DNA of 64,000 nucleotides from Podarcis bocagei. Lineage: Eukaryota. Within the stretch, counting starts at the first letter, position 1. Each line of letters starts with the position of its first letter. Shown piece after piece: positions 11,515-24,215 of this stretch. Location: NCBI GenBank assembly GCA_964188305.1, contig OZ076886.1, one strand, 5' to 3'. The notes under the pieces were generated by a model, which saw only the letters and a program-made list of their open reading frames with translations, did not search any database and was not told the DNA's origin. Made by a program: the position numbers and the translations under genes.

Positions 11515-13819
11515 TATTTCTCTCAATTCGGATCCGAGCTGGTTTGGAGGGGCGGGGGGGGGGAATATGTCAAAATGTAGTATTTCCTAAGGCACACTGG
11601 GACAGATATGAATTGTGGCTAACGGACACCGTTTCCTAATCCAGCAGTGGATCCAGCACTGAATGCAGAATAAACTGTACACAATCTTGGATGAGGGCAG
11701 CTTCTTGATGAATGAGGAGGAGCAAGAGAGATCTCCTCAGCAGTTGTTGCCCCGTTCTTTGAAAAACAAACATACCAAGCTGGACTTGAAACTCATTCAA
11801 TTTTATTTATATATTTAATAAATTTCTGAAACTGTCTTCCAAGAATAATATCCTACCCAAGATGGTTCACATTATGCATCAAAGTGCACAGCAAAGTACA
11901 ATAAATGTGATTTTAAAACATCAGTCATTTCAATATAATATAATCCCTTATTATTAAAACTGGCAACCAACAGCAGACCAACTTAAAAATACAATATAAT
12001 ACACCAGTGAGACCAGACTAACTATGGTTAGTGGAAACAAGCCATCTTCAAATATGTTTTATTAAGCTGCTTTGTTTCCATTAACCAATGTTAAGATTAC
12101 CTGTTAATTAACCTGGATAGGACTGCTCTGTGAATTGTTAGGACTTACCTCCTAGTAAATCTGCACTATGAGTGTTGATCCCAATAGTTAATAATCATAA
12201 ATAATTTTCCCACTGAAAAATATCTATCATAATTGTATCTTTATTTGTACAGTAAATCAAATTATTGCATGTTAGTGCTAAATCTCATGATTTCATCATT
12301 CCTTCTTGCATGGTAGAAATCTTGTTTTGTTTCCAGTAGTGGGACAACACAACTCTGACTGCTACAACTATACTAAATAATAGCTTTGCATTTTCCTTGG
12401 GAATTGTATCTTGATAACAGTTGCTTTAAATGGCTGTCCCTTTAGCGTTTGTAGGACATAAAATATCCCTGTCCATCTTCCTGCATTTTAAACATCTGTC
12501 ACAAAATCATAGCATACCAAAATAAATTTATCTTTTTTACTTTAGCCTCTAAGGACTCTTAATCTGAATGTCAATTTTTCAAGTAATGAAAATGTCCCAT
12601 ACTTTTGCATACCGATAATCCAGATTAGCTCCTGTCAAGCCCCTCCAAATTTCACAATTGTGATGCAATAAGAAAGTGTCCAATTAATTCCTTGCTATTT
12701 ATAAAAAGTGTATTTCCTCTTTTTGATATTCTGATCTGGCAAGCCTACCCTCTTTGGGAGAGGAGGGATGGCAAAATTGGATCAGATCTCTGAAGGCACA
12801 ACCTTAGCCTCTCTCTTAGTCTTCCAACGACACCTCATCAGGATAACCTTTGGGTATGAAAGAAGGAAGGATTTCAATCCAGAGTTCACAAGTTGGTTTT
12901 GAAGGGCAGCCGAGTTATTTGATTAGAGCCTGCAGAAAGCCTGCAATGCCTCTCCTGGCTCCATCATCGCTGACCATGAAACCGCAGCCACTGGTGCTTT
13001 AATGTACTGTGGCTGAACTTATCGCCAACAGGTCAAAGGGGATGCAATTTACTTGGGCTTTGATGCATTTGATACAGTCGAGGGGGGGGGAATGGGAGAC
13101 AGTGGAGGGAAGAGGAGGTGCCAGGGAAAGGGCTTTGCCTGTTTACATTAGAAGTGGATTAGTGTGAAGTTGACAGAGCCAGTTTCTAGCAGAGAGAAAG
13201 ACTTAAGTTGTAATTCGAAATCATGAGAGAATTCTGGTGGGAGCTGGAGAGAGGTTCTGTTTGCTTAGATTGGGAGCTGATTTTGGAGGAGTCAGGCCGA
13301 GTGTTTGTCTGCAGAGGCTCTTTTATCTCAGCTTCTCGGCATTGCTTGCTGTCTTGGAGCTGATTGGGGCTGGGGATCTTCCTGAAGCCACATCAGAACG
13401 TGTGGGAAATAAAACTCACCTCCTCTGTGGGTGCTTCCAGACCATTGCTATTTTCAGGCGGGATTCAACCGCACACCGGCAAATTTATGTTCATTTGGAA
13501 GGCTTGCTGAACAAAAAACGCTTCCCCACCCAAGAGTGGACTTTTTGCTGTAACAAAAGTGATGGGACAGGAGCGTGAGTTAACTCTTGCTTTGCTGCGC
13601 CATTATCAGTCCACCCGCTACAAACAAATCATGAAATAGCAAGCATCATCTACTTGTATGACTGGAAAGTAAACGGGAGTGTGTAGACACAGCCATAGTG
13701 TGTTGGATTAAATTATGTGGCATTAATTTTGTATGTTTCATTTGTGGAATGAAGAGACATTGTAAAAAAGAAATAAGGTAGAAAATGTATGGTTATCCAT
13801 ACATTCAACAGATCAGTGA

Positions 13820-14336
13820 ACACCCTCCAAGAGCCCCTATTTTCCAGGGACAGTCCCGGAGTTACGAAAGCCACCCTGGCTTCTGATCTGATCCCGGAAT
13901 GTCCCTATTTCCCCCACCAGTGCCACCACCAAGCTCAGGGATGCGGATGAGTTGACGCTTGTCCTGAGTGGAGGCACAGCCTTGAGGAAGCATCCTGCTG
14001 CCTCTCCAGGGCAAAAAATGGGGAATCAAGGAGGGCTAATTGTGGGGAGTGAGAAATTTCCCTACAGTGGTACCTTGGGTTACACATGCTTCAGGTTACA
14101 GACACTTCAGGTTACAGACTCTGCTAACCCAGAAATAGTACCTCAGGTTAAGAACTTTGCTTCAGGATGAGAACAGAAATTGTGCAGTGGTGGCGCGGTG
14201 GCAGCGGGAGGCCCCGTTAGCTAAAGTCGTGCTTCAGGTTAAGAACAGTTTCAGGTTAAGAACGGACCTCCGTAACGAATTAAGTACTTAACCCGAAGTA
14301 CCACTGTATTTTCATCTGAGGAATGTTGGAGGGTAA
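13820..14336. mobile_element. Non-autonomous DNA transposon (accctccaa...ttggagggt TIR) hosting a nested MITE
   Basis: 9-bp inverted ends at 13822-13830 and 14326-14334; repeated ccctattt/gtccc motifs; interrupted at a TA by MITE copy 3. Confidence 0.6.
14065..14306. mobile_element. Tc1/pogo-type MITE, copy 3 (242 bp)
   Basis: TIRs and TA TSD; opposite orientation to copy 2. Confidence 0.95.
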
Positions 14337-14536
14337 GCTACCAAGTACCTGAGATACAAGAGACATTTATGTTTTGGTGTGAGTCGGCTCAAATTAGTTA
14401 AGAAGCAGATATGAGCTAAAAGTAGAGGCCCCCATTAGGGTACAGCATCCCAAGGGTGGGTTTGCATCAGACAGGTGAGGGCTGAGACGGAAAGAGAATC
14501 GCTTTCCTGATATTCCTGGAATTTGCTCACACAAGA

Positions 14537-14810
14537 TGTAGCGATGGCCACCAACTTGGATGGTTTTAAAAGATTAGACAAATTCATGGATGGTTAGGCT
14601 ATCAATGGCAAATAACCACGATGACAACGTTCCACCTCTGTTGGAGGGAGCATGCCTCTGATTGCCTGTTACTATGAATCATAAGTGGGAAGAACACCAT
14701 CAGATCCTGTTTGTGGGCTTCGCAGAGGCATTTGGTTTCCCGCTGTGTGAACAGAATATTGGACTAAGTGGGCCGTTGGCCTGGCCTGATCCAGCGGGGC
14801 TCTTTTATGG
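14537..14810 (+). mobile_element. CR1 LINE 3' fragment
   Basis: gatggccaccaacttggatggttttaaaag..ttagacaaattcatgga..ggctatcaatggc, ending ctgatccagc..ggctcttttatg. Confidence 0.8.
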
Positions 14811-15661
14811 AACATTCCGGAACGCAAAGGTAAAAGGACAGTCAGGTCAAGTCGGTCCTGTGTGGAGGCACATCAGCTTTTGCTGAATCTACAGTACTGT
14901 CGGAAATGAGAGGGCTGCTTTCAGCTACTGGACACAGTTTGGATGTTTTCATTGAGTGGAACCAGTGATATATACACAGAGAAAGGGAGGGAAGGAGGGA
15001 GAGACTCCTGGTGGGCTGATGAGCACATCTAGGCAGTGGCCTGGGGAAGAAGAGTGTGGCAGGGTTCCTTTTGTGAATCCTGGCCCCCTGCTGACACTTG
15101 GGCCCAAAGTTTTCCTCTTTTTATCCTTTGCCTACAGAGAAAGGGAAAGTGTTTGGAGCAGATAAGTTAGGAAGAGGTTAGAATGACTGATAGAGGAACA
15201 CCAGGCGCCTGAGGAAAGCAAAACTGGACCCCAAATGTGCATAAAGTCACCATGCACTAATGTTCTCCACAGAAAATAAATTTCCCTGTAAATTTCCCTG
15301 CTTGCTCTCTCTCTGCAGAATGTGTGCGTGTGTCCCCCTCCCACCGTTAATGCCATTGGCTTCACATAGATGTCACTCCTGCCTTATATGACGAGAGCTC
15401 CTCGGAGCGAGTCAGTTAAATGGGGCTAGTGCATTATAGTAATGGAGTAACTGTATAAAAACAATGAAATCCAATCTCTTTAAACTGATTTGATGTCTGC
15501 CCGAACCACAACATTTCCTGCTAATGGCTTCCTTCATTTTGTAACCACGATCTCCACCTGATCAGATTACAGCTGTTTTTAATTACAAAGCTAATAGAAT
15601 TTGTAAGCAGTGTCAGGCAGACAGTGCATGGCCCTGCGAGCAGAGCGGTGGGGGGGGGCTG

Positions 15662-15669
<8 letters not shown>

Positions 15670-15701
<32 letters not shown>
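15670..15701. repeat. (GT)16 microsatellite
   Basis: Seen directly. Confidence 0.95.
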
Positions 15702-15702
<1 letters not shown>

Positions 15703-16149
15703 GAGGGATCTTAACGACTGTATTAAAACAGACACAGTCCATCAGCAGCAACTGTCAAAACACCGAAAGGAAAGGCCCAAAACAGATGATAATATTTTCA
15801 GCCACTCAGCTGACATGTTGGCACTCTGTCATTTGGTATGGATAGCTCTGTGTGTGCATTTGTGGTGTGTGTGTGTTCATCTTTCTCACATTCTGAGTAT
15901 TGAGGTGACATGATCTAGTAGACAAGGTCCTTGGGCTCTGCATGAAGACACCTGTACTTCAATCCATAGACATGATCCATCTGGATATCCCCGGATGGGT
16001 CATTCACAGTCTGGGTGAAAACGGGAATGTTAATAATGGAGCTGTTGTGAAGGATGAATGCCAGAAATACAAACATCATCATTAAAGTGGCCTTCAAGGC
16101 CAGTCCAATACATTTTGCTGCCCGAGGCAAAGGGCAAGATGCTTTATAC

Positions 16150-16320
16150 TGCCTTAGGCTGAATCAGACCACGGGCCCATCTAGCTCAGTAGTGTCTCCA
16201 TTGACTGGCAATGGCTCTCCAGGGTTCTCAGGCAGGCTCCATTCCGTGACCTACCTGGAGATGCTTGGGACTGAACCTGAGACTTTCTGCATGCAAAGCA
16301 GAGGCTCTGCCACAGAGTTA
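16150..16320 (-). mobile_element. tRNA-head SINE with CR1-like tail (Squam3-like)
   Basis: Minus strand reads ..ctctgtggcagagcctctgctttgcatgcagaaagtctcaggttcagtcc..gagctagatgggcc; related copies at 26773 and 44135. Confidence 0.65.
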
Positions 16321-16491
16321 CTTTCCCCCAGATTCACAGACATTCCATGTACAGAAGCCTACCATATTCACAGTTAAATCTTATGTCAACAACTAGTGAT
16401 GGGACTGCATCATCCACTGCAAATGAGGGCAGAAGGTTGTTTTAAGAAGCACATGGCAGGAACAGTTCTGATCTCCAACAAAGGGGAATAA

Positions 16492-16566
16492 TATAATAAT
16501 AATTTATTATTTATACCCCGTTCATCTGGCTGGGTTTCCCCAGCCACTCTGGGCAACTCCCAACCG
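16492..16566 (-). mobile_element. L2 LINE 3' end with (TAA)n-like tail
   Basis: tttataccccg..catctggctgggtttccccagccactctgggc; same motif at 31177, 34995, 41245 and 58657. Confidence 0.75.
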
Positions 16567-17620
16567 AATAGCCAGGGAGTTCAGAAGGAATAGTTTGGGG
16601 GGCTGCTGCTACTTCCCCCCTCCAGCATCTGCTACTTAATGCCATTGACTCACTCTGCCTAATGGTAGGGCCGGCCCTAGATGCCTGACTTTGGAATTGC
16701 TGAAACTGGAATGGATCCATTGAAACTTGCTGGTGAAGAGTTGAGTTCAGGAGGAGTGCTTCACTGCTTAGAGATGTGGCAGTCTGCACTTTCCACCAAT
16801 GGTCTGCGCTGCAAGTCATATGTTTCGGCATGTGAAAAGGGACAAAACTCCACTCCTTACCACTAGTCCTCATGAACTAGCCAAAACCATGGAGGAAGGG
16901 GGGGAAGGGGATATCAATCATTGGAGACCAAACTGAAATTGAGGTAAAATATGATAAAGTAAGTAACTGACAACCCCATCATCTTCTCCCCCTGCTGGAT
17001 CACCCCTCTCTCTCTGCATCTTTCTCTTTTCAGTATGACAGGGCCACTGATGGAAGTGAATTAAGTCTAAAGGAGGCAGCATACATCTAGTTTACAGCCC
17101 ACTGCTACACATGGATGGCAAGCAAGAGACAGGGAGAGAAAACTGGGTGATTCACAGGGCGCCATTTATAACAGTGGTTTCTCCTTCCCGACGTTTCTGC
17201 TCACCTTGAGAATGGAAGTACTGTAATCTGTTCTCTTTGGTGCTCATGGACAAAAATGCTTATTTTCACGTCACTGCCGGTGCTGCAAACATTTGGTGAC
17301 ACGTTGGCCTTGTAAATGATTTAGGGTCCATCTCAAGCCAGCATCAATCATTTATTCCTGGGCTTAATTATTCATCACAACAGGAGTCTCCCATCTTCTA
17401 TTTCTTTGTGTCATTATCTTCTTGGTTTCTTCTTTCACAGCATAACCACCATTGTCACTTTACAGCTTGATCCTTATTGTTGTTTTTTTGTCCTCGAGAC
17501 ATTATTGGGCAGGAAGTTAACCAGCAAAGGTGGGGGACATCTAGAGAAAAAGCCAAATGTTGTGGACACTCAGGAGTTTGGACAGATGAAGGGATTATTT
17601 ACTGGAGGCTGTGTGGAAGC

Positions 17621-18052
17621 AGGGATGGGAGAGAAACCTGATTCAGCTTGCATTTAAAGGCAGAACGACTTAATTCACACTTTCTGGGAAAATATGAGAA
17701 CCAAAACACAGCCATCCTTCTAAATTCACACTTCTCCAAATTTTGTGATGCAGTTCTCAAGCTAATCAATGCTCACAGAAATGGAAAGCACATAAAAATG
17801 AATAAATTCCTGGAAAATAGCCTACAAAAATGCATTATAGGAGGGATCATTGTTTGAAGAAAAAAATGTATGTTAGTCAAACTGCATACAAAACATGTAT
17901 TAGGGGAAATTTGCACTAAAATACTGGTGCATTTTTCACATTGGTTTAAAAATAAATAAATGTCAAATTGCTGCAGAAATGTGAAGAACCAGATTTAAAA
18001 TTGGAAGAATGAGAAACGAAGAGAAGCAAAATGGGCAGATCTGTCCCTCCCA
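17621..18052. mobile_element. Probable old non-autonomous DNA transposon
   Basis: Ends agggatgggagag.. / ..ctgtccctcccaa form a degraded inverted pair around an AT-rich interior. Confidence 0.4.
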
Positions 18053-18786
18053 ACGTGGAAAACACAGTGAAGGACAGTGGTGGGTGGGGCCAGAGGCAAA
18101 AGTGGGTGGAGCAATAAATGTAATATCAATATGAGATTAAGCATCTTTTTGGTGATAAACTATAAGTATAGCTACCACCTAATTGAAACATTTCTTTCAG
18201 TTAAGCCCCTGGTTATAGTAAGTGGGGTGTTACATTAATTGATGGAATATGAATAGATCTGCATATCTCCAAAGCCTCTGCTAAGGGTCTTTTTGTGTCA
18301 GGTACCTTGTAATTTAATGAAGTAATTTTTGTTATTGTTTATTTTTACAGTGTTAGCAAGATTAGCTTCTGGCAGCAAAAACAAAGATCCTTGCATTACC
18401 TTAAAGACTACCAAATGCAATTGTGGTATAAGCTTCCGTGGACTAGAACCCACTTCTTCTGTTGCATGATGTAGAATCTTCAGTTGCAGCTATATATGTA
18501 CATGGGATGAGGTGGGAGGTGGAATTGTAAGCAGTGAGGTCAAAGGGGGAAAGATGCAAAAGGTGCAGGCAGTGACAATTCCCTAAATTAAAATGTATGC
18601 AAAATAAGCCATCACTGAGAATACAACCTGGCAACAGTGGCATAATCCTGCACTTGGGAGTTGTATATCGTGCATCTAATGAAGTGGACTTTCATCTAAT
18701 GAAGTCTGCATAAGCTGACCACAATAAAAACAAATCTGGTCTTAAAGGTGCCATGAAACTCTTCGTCGTGTAATCATTTTTATTTT

Positions 18787-19141
18787 AGGTAAAGGTAAAG
18801 GGACCCCTGACCATTAGGTCCAGTCATGGCCGACTCTAGGGTTGCGGCGCTCATCTCACTTTATTGGCCGAGGGAGCCAGCGTACAGCTTCCGGGTCATG
18901 TGGCCAGCATGACTAAGCCGCTTCTGGAGAACCAGAGCAGCGCACGGAAACGCCGTTTACCTTCCTGCCAGAGTGGTACCTATTTATCTACTTGCACTTC
19001 AACGTGCTTTCGAACTGCTAGGTTGGCAGGAGCAGGGACCGAGCAACGGGAGCTCACCCCATTGCAGGGATTCAAGCCGCCGACCTTCTGATTGGCAAGC
19101 CCTAGGCTCTATGGTTTAACCCACAGCACCACCTGCGTTCC
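18787..19141 (-). mobile_element. Sauria SINE, full length
   Basis: tRNA-like head on the minus strand, conserved body (gcaagtagataaataggtacc), (ACCTTT)n tail. Confidence 0.95.
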
Positions 19142-19328
19142 ATTTTTAAAATAGATAATATTCTTATTTTGCAATCAAAGTGAACCTGCAGTAGCTTAAG
19201 TTTCACAATAAGTAAAAAACCTACAAATTCTTCACAGAATGAAAGGTAAGAAAGGTAGGGGGGAACTGATACGCAGCATCAAACACACTCAAAACTGCAT
19301 GGTGGGTCACTCTTACTGCAGTCAGTGG

Positions 19329-19461
19329 CAGCAGTAGGGAACTTGTGGTCCTCTCTCGGTTGCTGAACTACAACTCCCATCATCTCTGACCATGCTGAGT
19401 GGAGCTGATGGGAGTTGGAGTCCAACTAACAGCTGGAAGGTCACAGCTTCCTCCTTCCCTA
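19329..19461. mobile_element. Palindromic hAT-type MITE
   Basis: ctacaactcccatca / ctgatgggagttggag inverted core. Confidence 0.65.
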
Positions 19462-20232
19462 TGAGAACATGTTTTTATTGAGGCTCGAAGCTACAGTCTT
19501 CAGGGATATACTCAACTGCTCCGGTCAGTGAGTCATATGTCCTCCCACCCACACCCACCCCTTTTCATTCTTTTGAACTCTTAAACCCAATGTTTGACAC
19601 ACATTTTTACAGTAACTCAAGACCTGGTGAGTGGTTAATGCCGTTGTGTTTTCACAGGGGCACTGCAACGCACTGCAAAATGTCAAGTATCAAGAATCAG
19701 CCCCACGTTTCTCTGAGGCTAAGCTTCCCCGCCAGCTGTCAGAGTGGGGAAGGTGGGGCAAGCTTCACCAAAAACACATGAAACACAGGGCTGGCATCTG
19801 CTTGGAGAGGACACAGGCATAGATCCAAACGTGACCTTGCTTGCCTCCTCCGCCACCTAATCTCCCGTTAAGCCTGTGCATTTCATGTTCCTGTTATTCT
19901 TCCAGCGCTAAAAGGACCTTCTTCTAAAACAAATATATGAAATTAATACCCGGAGCCATGAACTCAACTGCATCCTTGCTATACTGATGTCATCTGAGCA
20001 GCTTGCGTATACAATAATGAAGTAAAGTTTGTGCCATGCTGCAGCAAAATGCCAGGGACAGAGGACTATATGTAACCACATCCATATGTCCCAGGGCTTA
20101 CAAGCAAGTTTAAAATCATCATCCATTGTTATCAATATTCTAAAAGGCCATCCCCAGTTCTGTCTTGCCTTGTCCTCACAAATGCCCCTTTGAGGTAGAT
20201 TATAATAATTCCCATTTTACTGATGGGGAATA

Positions 20233-20586
20233 AGGTAAAGGAAAGGGATCCCTGACCATTAGGTCCAGTCGTGACCGACTCTGGGGTTGCAGCACTCATC
20301 TCACTTTATTGGCCAAGGGAGCCAGCATACACCTTCCGGGTCATGTGGCCAGCATGACTAAGCCGCTTCTGGCGAACCAGAACAGCGCACAGAAACGACG
20401 TTTACCTTCCTGCCGGAGCGGTACCTATTTATCTACTTGCACTTTGACATGCTTTCGAACTGCTAGGTTGGCAGGAGCAGGGACCGAGCAACGGGAGCTC
20501 ACCCCATCGCGGGGATTCGAACCACCGACCTTCTGATCAGCAAGTCCTAGGCTCTGTGGTTTAACCCACAGCGCCACCCGCATCCT
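20233..20586 (-). mobile_element. Sauria SINE, full length, 13-bp TSD
   Basis: TSD ctgatggggaata at 20220-20232 and 20587-20599; intact B box ggttcgaatcccc on the minus strand. Confidence 0.97.
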
Positions 20587-20603
20587 CTGATGGGGAATAG
20601 TAA

Positions 20604-21056
20604 CAGCCAATGTGGTGCAGAGGCTAGAGTCCTTGACTAGAAATTTGGAAGATCTGGGTTCAAATCCCCACTTAGCCAGGAAGCCTTAGGCCAGTCACCA
20701 ACTCTTAGTGTAACCTACCTCACAGAGTTGTTTGGCAAACTCATGGAGGATAAGGCTATCAATGGCTACACAGGCAACCGTGGCTATACTGCCACTGTCA
20801 GAAGCAGTATGCTCTTAAATCCCAGTCGCTGAAGATCGCAACTGGGCAGAGTGTTGTTGAAGCCATGTTGGCAGGCTTCCATGGGCATCAGGTTGCGCAC
20901 TGTAAGAACAGGATACTGGACGAGATGGGCCTATGGCCTGATCCAGTGGCACTTCTTTTATGTTGTGAGGATAAAGCGGTGGCGGGGGGGATGGACCATG
21001 TAGGCCACCTTGAGCAACTTGGATGAAAGATGGGATAAAAACATAGTAAATATAAA
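20604..21056 (+). mobile_element. MIR-like CORE SINE split by a CR1 fragment
   Basis: A/B-box head tgtggtgcagagg..gggttcaaatcccc; core aacctacctcacagagttgtt resumes as gttgtgaggataaa at 20962. Confidence 0.7.
20733..20964 (+). mobile_element. CR1 LINE 3' fragment
   Basis: Homologous to 14537-14810; ends ggcctgatccag..cttcttttatgtt. Confidence 0.8.
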
Positions 21057-23138
21057 AGGAGTTGTGAGTCAAACAAATGGAAGAAAATAAAGGATTTCAC
21101 GCTTACTCTCCCAGTTCAGTGCCTCCACAAACAATTCAAAGCATAGCAAGTTGCATCTTAAAAACAGATTTGTTGGTTCATGGGGCTTTTGTTCATTGAC
21201 ATTCGTTCCCTCTAGTGGTTCCCAACTTTATCAAAAGGGTGGCCCCCAAATTTATATGGTTAGATGACCCATTGATTTATGATCCCATGAATGTTGGCCC
21301 TTAGGTCTTTGGCAACCCTCAGATTTGTCATGCCTTTGAAGTGCAAATCTGCTAATTTTATAATAATCCAAGCAAAAAATTACTTAGCACCTATGAGCAC
21401 CTAGTGGTGAACCATCACCAGATCTCCTGCCAGTGGCCAGAGAACAGACCCCAAGTGTTAAAATGTCAGGACTGAGCCTTTCCGATGTTTGCTTGCAGCT
21501 GTTAACACAGTGTTAGAATACACCAACAGAAGTATTCATCATACAATATGTGGCAATTATTATGGGCTTATTTATAAAGCCCTTAACTCACCTGGACAGG
21601 CTTCATGAGCCACCTGCAGGTTCCCACAGGTTGGGAAATGCTTCTCTAGTAGACTGCACCACTCATAAAAGGCTGAAAGGGCTCAATAGGCTGCACCTAG
21701 TTCTTCTGTCCTCCTGCTCTGGTCCTGCCCATGCCAATCTACCTTTTGTGCCATCTCAACAACCACGTGCTTCTCCATCCCAACTTCACTATCCTGGTTC
21801 CCAGGGGCCTGAGATGGGGAAGTGCAGAACGTGATGAGACCGCAACACGCAAGGTCAGTTTTGCTCACTGTTGTGGAAAAGGAAGAGGGGGACTAGATCT
21901 ATGGGGGTTGTCCCCTTTGACCACAGCAGTTGCACTGGACTGGCCACCATCTCCAGCTTGTCCCATGGGGACCATGACTTGCCAGAGATCCTGCAAAGGG
22001 AATTCACCGGCTGCCCAGGCGTGCAGAGATACGATCTGTCAACCGAAGCACGAAGAACATCCCTGCACAGGCATGCCTGGAGTGTCATAAAAGAGGGGGC
22101 TGTGTTTCGTGGAGACTAGGAGTGGGCTCCCCAGGTCAGCAGCGAAGCACGCAGGTCAGGTAGGATGGAGCAATCCTTCACTGCCCTGTCTCTCCTGCAC
22201 ACTCTCCCATGGATAAGCCCAGGACTTTCAGTCTCCAGGCCTGTCAATCCGGCACCTTTCAGCAATGCTAAGCGCACATTAAAGAGAAACACAAAGAAGG
22301 ATCCTCTTTTGAGGAATGACATAACAATAAGGAGGGGAGGGGTTCGGAGACACCGTGTCTTCTCTTCTCCCTGCCATACACCTAAGCGGCTTGAACAGCA
22401 GCATTCCCAAAGTCCCAAGCAGGATAATAAGCAGAGCAGCGGCAGCTATTCAGGGGGCCTCCGACCTTGCCTAGGTAACAACATAATGAGCCTTCCCTCC
22501 CCCCTTTTTTTCTTTTTGAATTGCTCCATCCCTGCCAAAGGGGTGGAAACGGAGGGGGGGATGCTTTTGTTTGCAGTAATGAACCTGTAATTATGCTACA
22601 TTTCTTGGTTTTAGCCACATTTTTGTGGTGTGCTGTTCTCTTTGTATTGACAGATTTATGGCCGGGATATTCTCCTCCACCGACTGGAGTATGACACTCC
22701 GTGGAGACTGTCTGACTCCAGTTTCTTCTCCTCCTCGGCTAAGAAGGGGCAGGGGACAGAAAGCATGTGGCATCTCACTCTGCTAGGAAGGCCTCCCACC
22801 TCTCCGATCCCACATCCACACACACACGTGAAAAAAGAATATCGAAAGTATTCTTCTGAAACTCCAGGTGAGCCAAACAGGAAAGAGAAGAAAGCACCTG
22901 CGAATGATATTGGGAGAGCATCTGATTGGGCATTATTGCTGATCCTGAGATGCTGCTGATCTGGTCATGACATTGGATGGCAGGCCACTGGGAACCCCAT
23001 GGAAGCGTGGGTTAGAGAGAGACCCCAGCCAAGCTGGGAGGGTGGTCGGATAAAGCAATGCAAGAATAGATAAATAGTTGGCTGCCAGGCCACACTGAAG
23101 GTGTTGGTATAGGTGTAAAAATAATAAATGTAATAATA

Positions 23139-23380
23139 CAGTGGTACCTCTGGTTACAAACTTAATTCGTTCCAGAGGTCTGTTCTTAACCTGAAACCGT
23201 TCTTAACCTGAGGTACCACTTTAGCTAATGGGGCCTCCTGCTGCCGCCAAGCTGCTGACGAGCAATTTCTGTTCTCATCCTGAGGTAAAGTTCTTAACCC
23301 AAGGTACTACTTCTGGGTTAGCGGAGTCTGTAACCTGAAGCGTATGTAACCCGAGATGTTTGTAACCCAAGGTACCACTG
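23139..23380. mobile_element. Tc1/pogo-type MITE, copy 4 (242 bp)
   Basis: TIRs and TA TSD. Confidence 0.95.
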
Positions 23381-23438
23381 TATACAGCTTGGGACCAGGG
23401 TACCTAAAAGATTGACTCATCCACTGCATATCCTGGGT

Positions 23439-24215
23439 CCATGCATCAGCATTGGTGACCACATCCTTGAGGTGGTAGATGATTTTGTCTACCTGGGTAC
23501 CACCATAAGCTCTCCATTGATGCTGAGCTGTGCAAGCATTTTGGCAAGGTAGCTATGGCAATGGCTACCCTCTCCCAAAGGATATGGGCGAATGCGATGC
23601 TACTGTCCAGTACTAAGATGAAGGTATACCAGGCTTGTGTGTTGCCATGTTCAGCATGCTGCTTTATGGAAGTCCACATAAATGCCTTCCACATGCGCTG
23701 CATCTGGAAGATTTGGGGCATCACATAGCAGGACAGAGTCTCAAGGAAAGATGTGCTCTCACAGCAATGTCAATGCTGGCTTCATCATGTCCACAGAATG
23801 GAATATGAGAGACAGGATCCCCAAAGACGAGCTCTATGGGGAGCTGGCTTCAGGCACCCGGCCTATTGGCAGACCAACTCTGTGTTACAGAGATGCCTGC
23901 AAATGTAACTTGAAGGCTGGCAACCTCAAGCCTTGCAGATATCCTCAGTGCCTTGAGATAGCCAGTCAGGCTATGCATCCACAGAGGAGGAATGACCACT
24001 GGGAGGAGCACAGAGAAGGAAAGGGCCATGGCGCATCTGCAGCAGCAGCACAACCTGAAGCCTCCATCAGCCCCAGCTGCAACAAAGCATGCCTCTCCTG
24101 TATCAGTCTCTACAGCCACAGCAGGCGCTGTAGCCTCCAGCAGTTTGACTTCATCCCCAAAGACACACTCCTCCTTTGTCTCCCAAGACAAATGGATGCC
24201 AACAACAACAACAAC
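23439..24215 (+). mobile_element. RTE-clade LINE, degenerate RT C-terminal fragment with (CAA)n tail
   Basis: Frameshifted peptides LEVVDDFVYLG (23466-23498), TKMKVYQACVL, NAFHMRC, RIPKDELYGELASGTRPIGRP; ends gccaacaacaacaacaac. Confidence 0.85.

Noticed and set aside
17005-17090. Polypyrimidine tract plus AG on the + strand
   Set aside because: No supported coding frame or matching donor; such tracts are common by chance
18864-19091. Recurrent MAEGAS.. ORF family (also 20309, 38683, 50758) resembling paralogous small genes
   Set aside because: Antisense reading of Sauria SINE copies with non-ATG starts
20510-20586. tRNA-like A and B boxes
   Set aside because: SINE head, not a tRNA gene; continues into the SINE body
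21205-21410. Two partial CTCF-like motifs (ttccctctagtggtt; gagcacctagtggtga)
   Set aside because: Both miss core positions; not supportable without a PWM score or ChIP data
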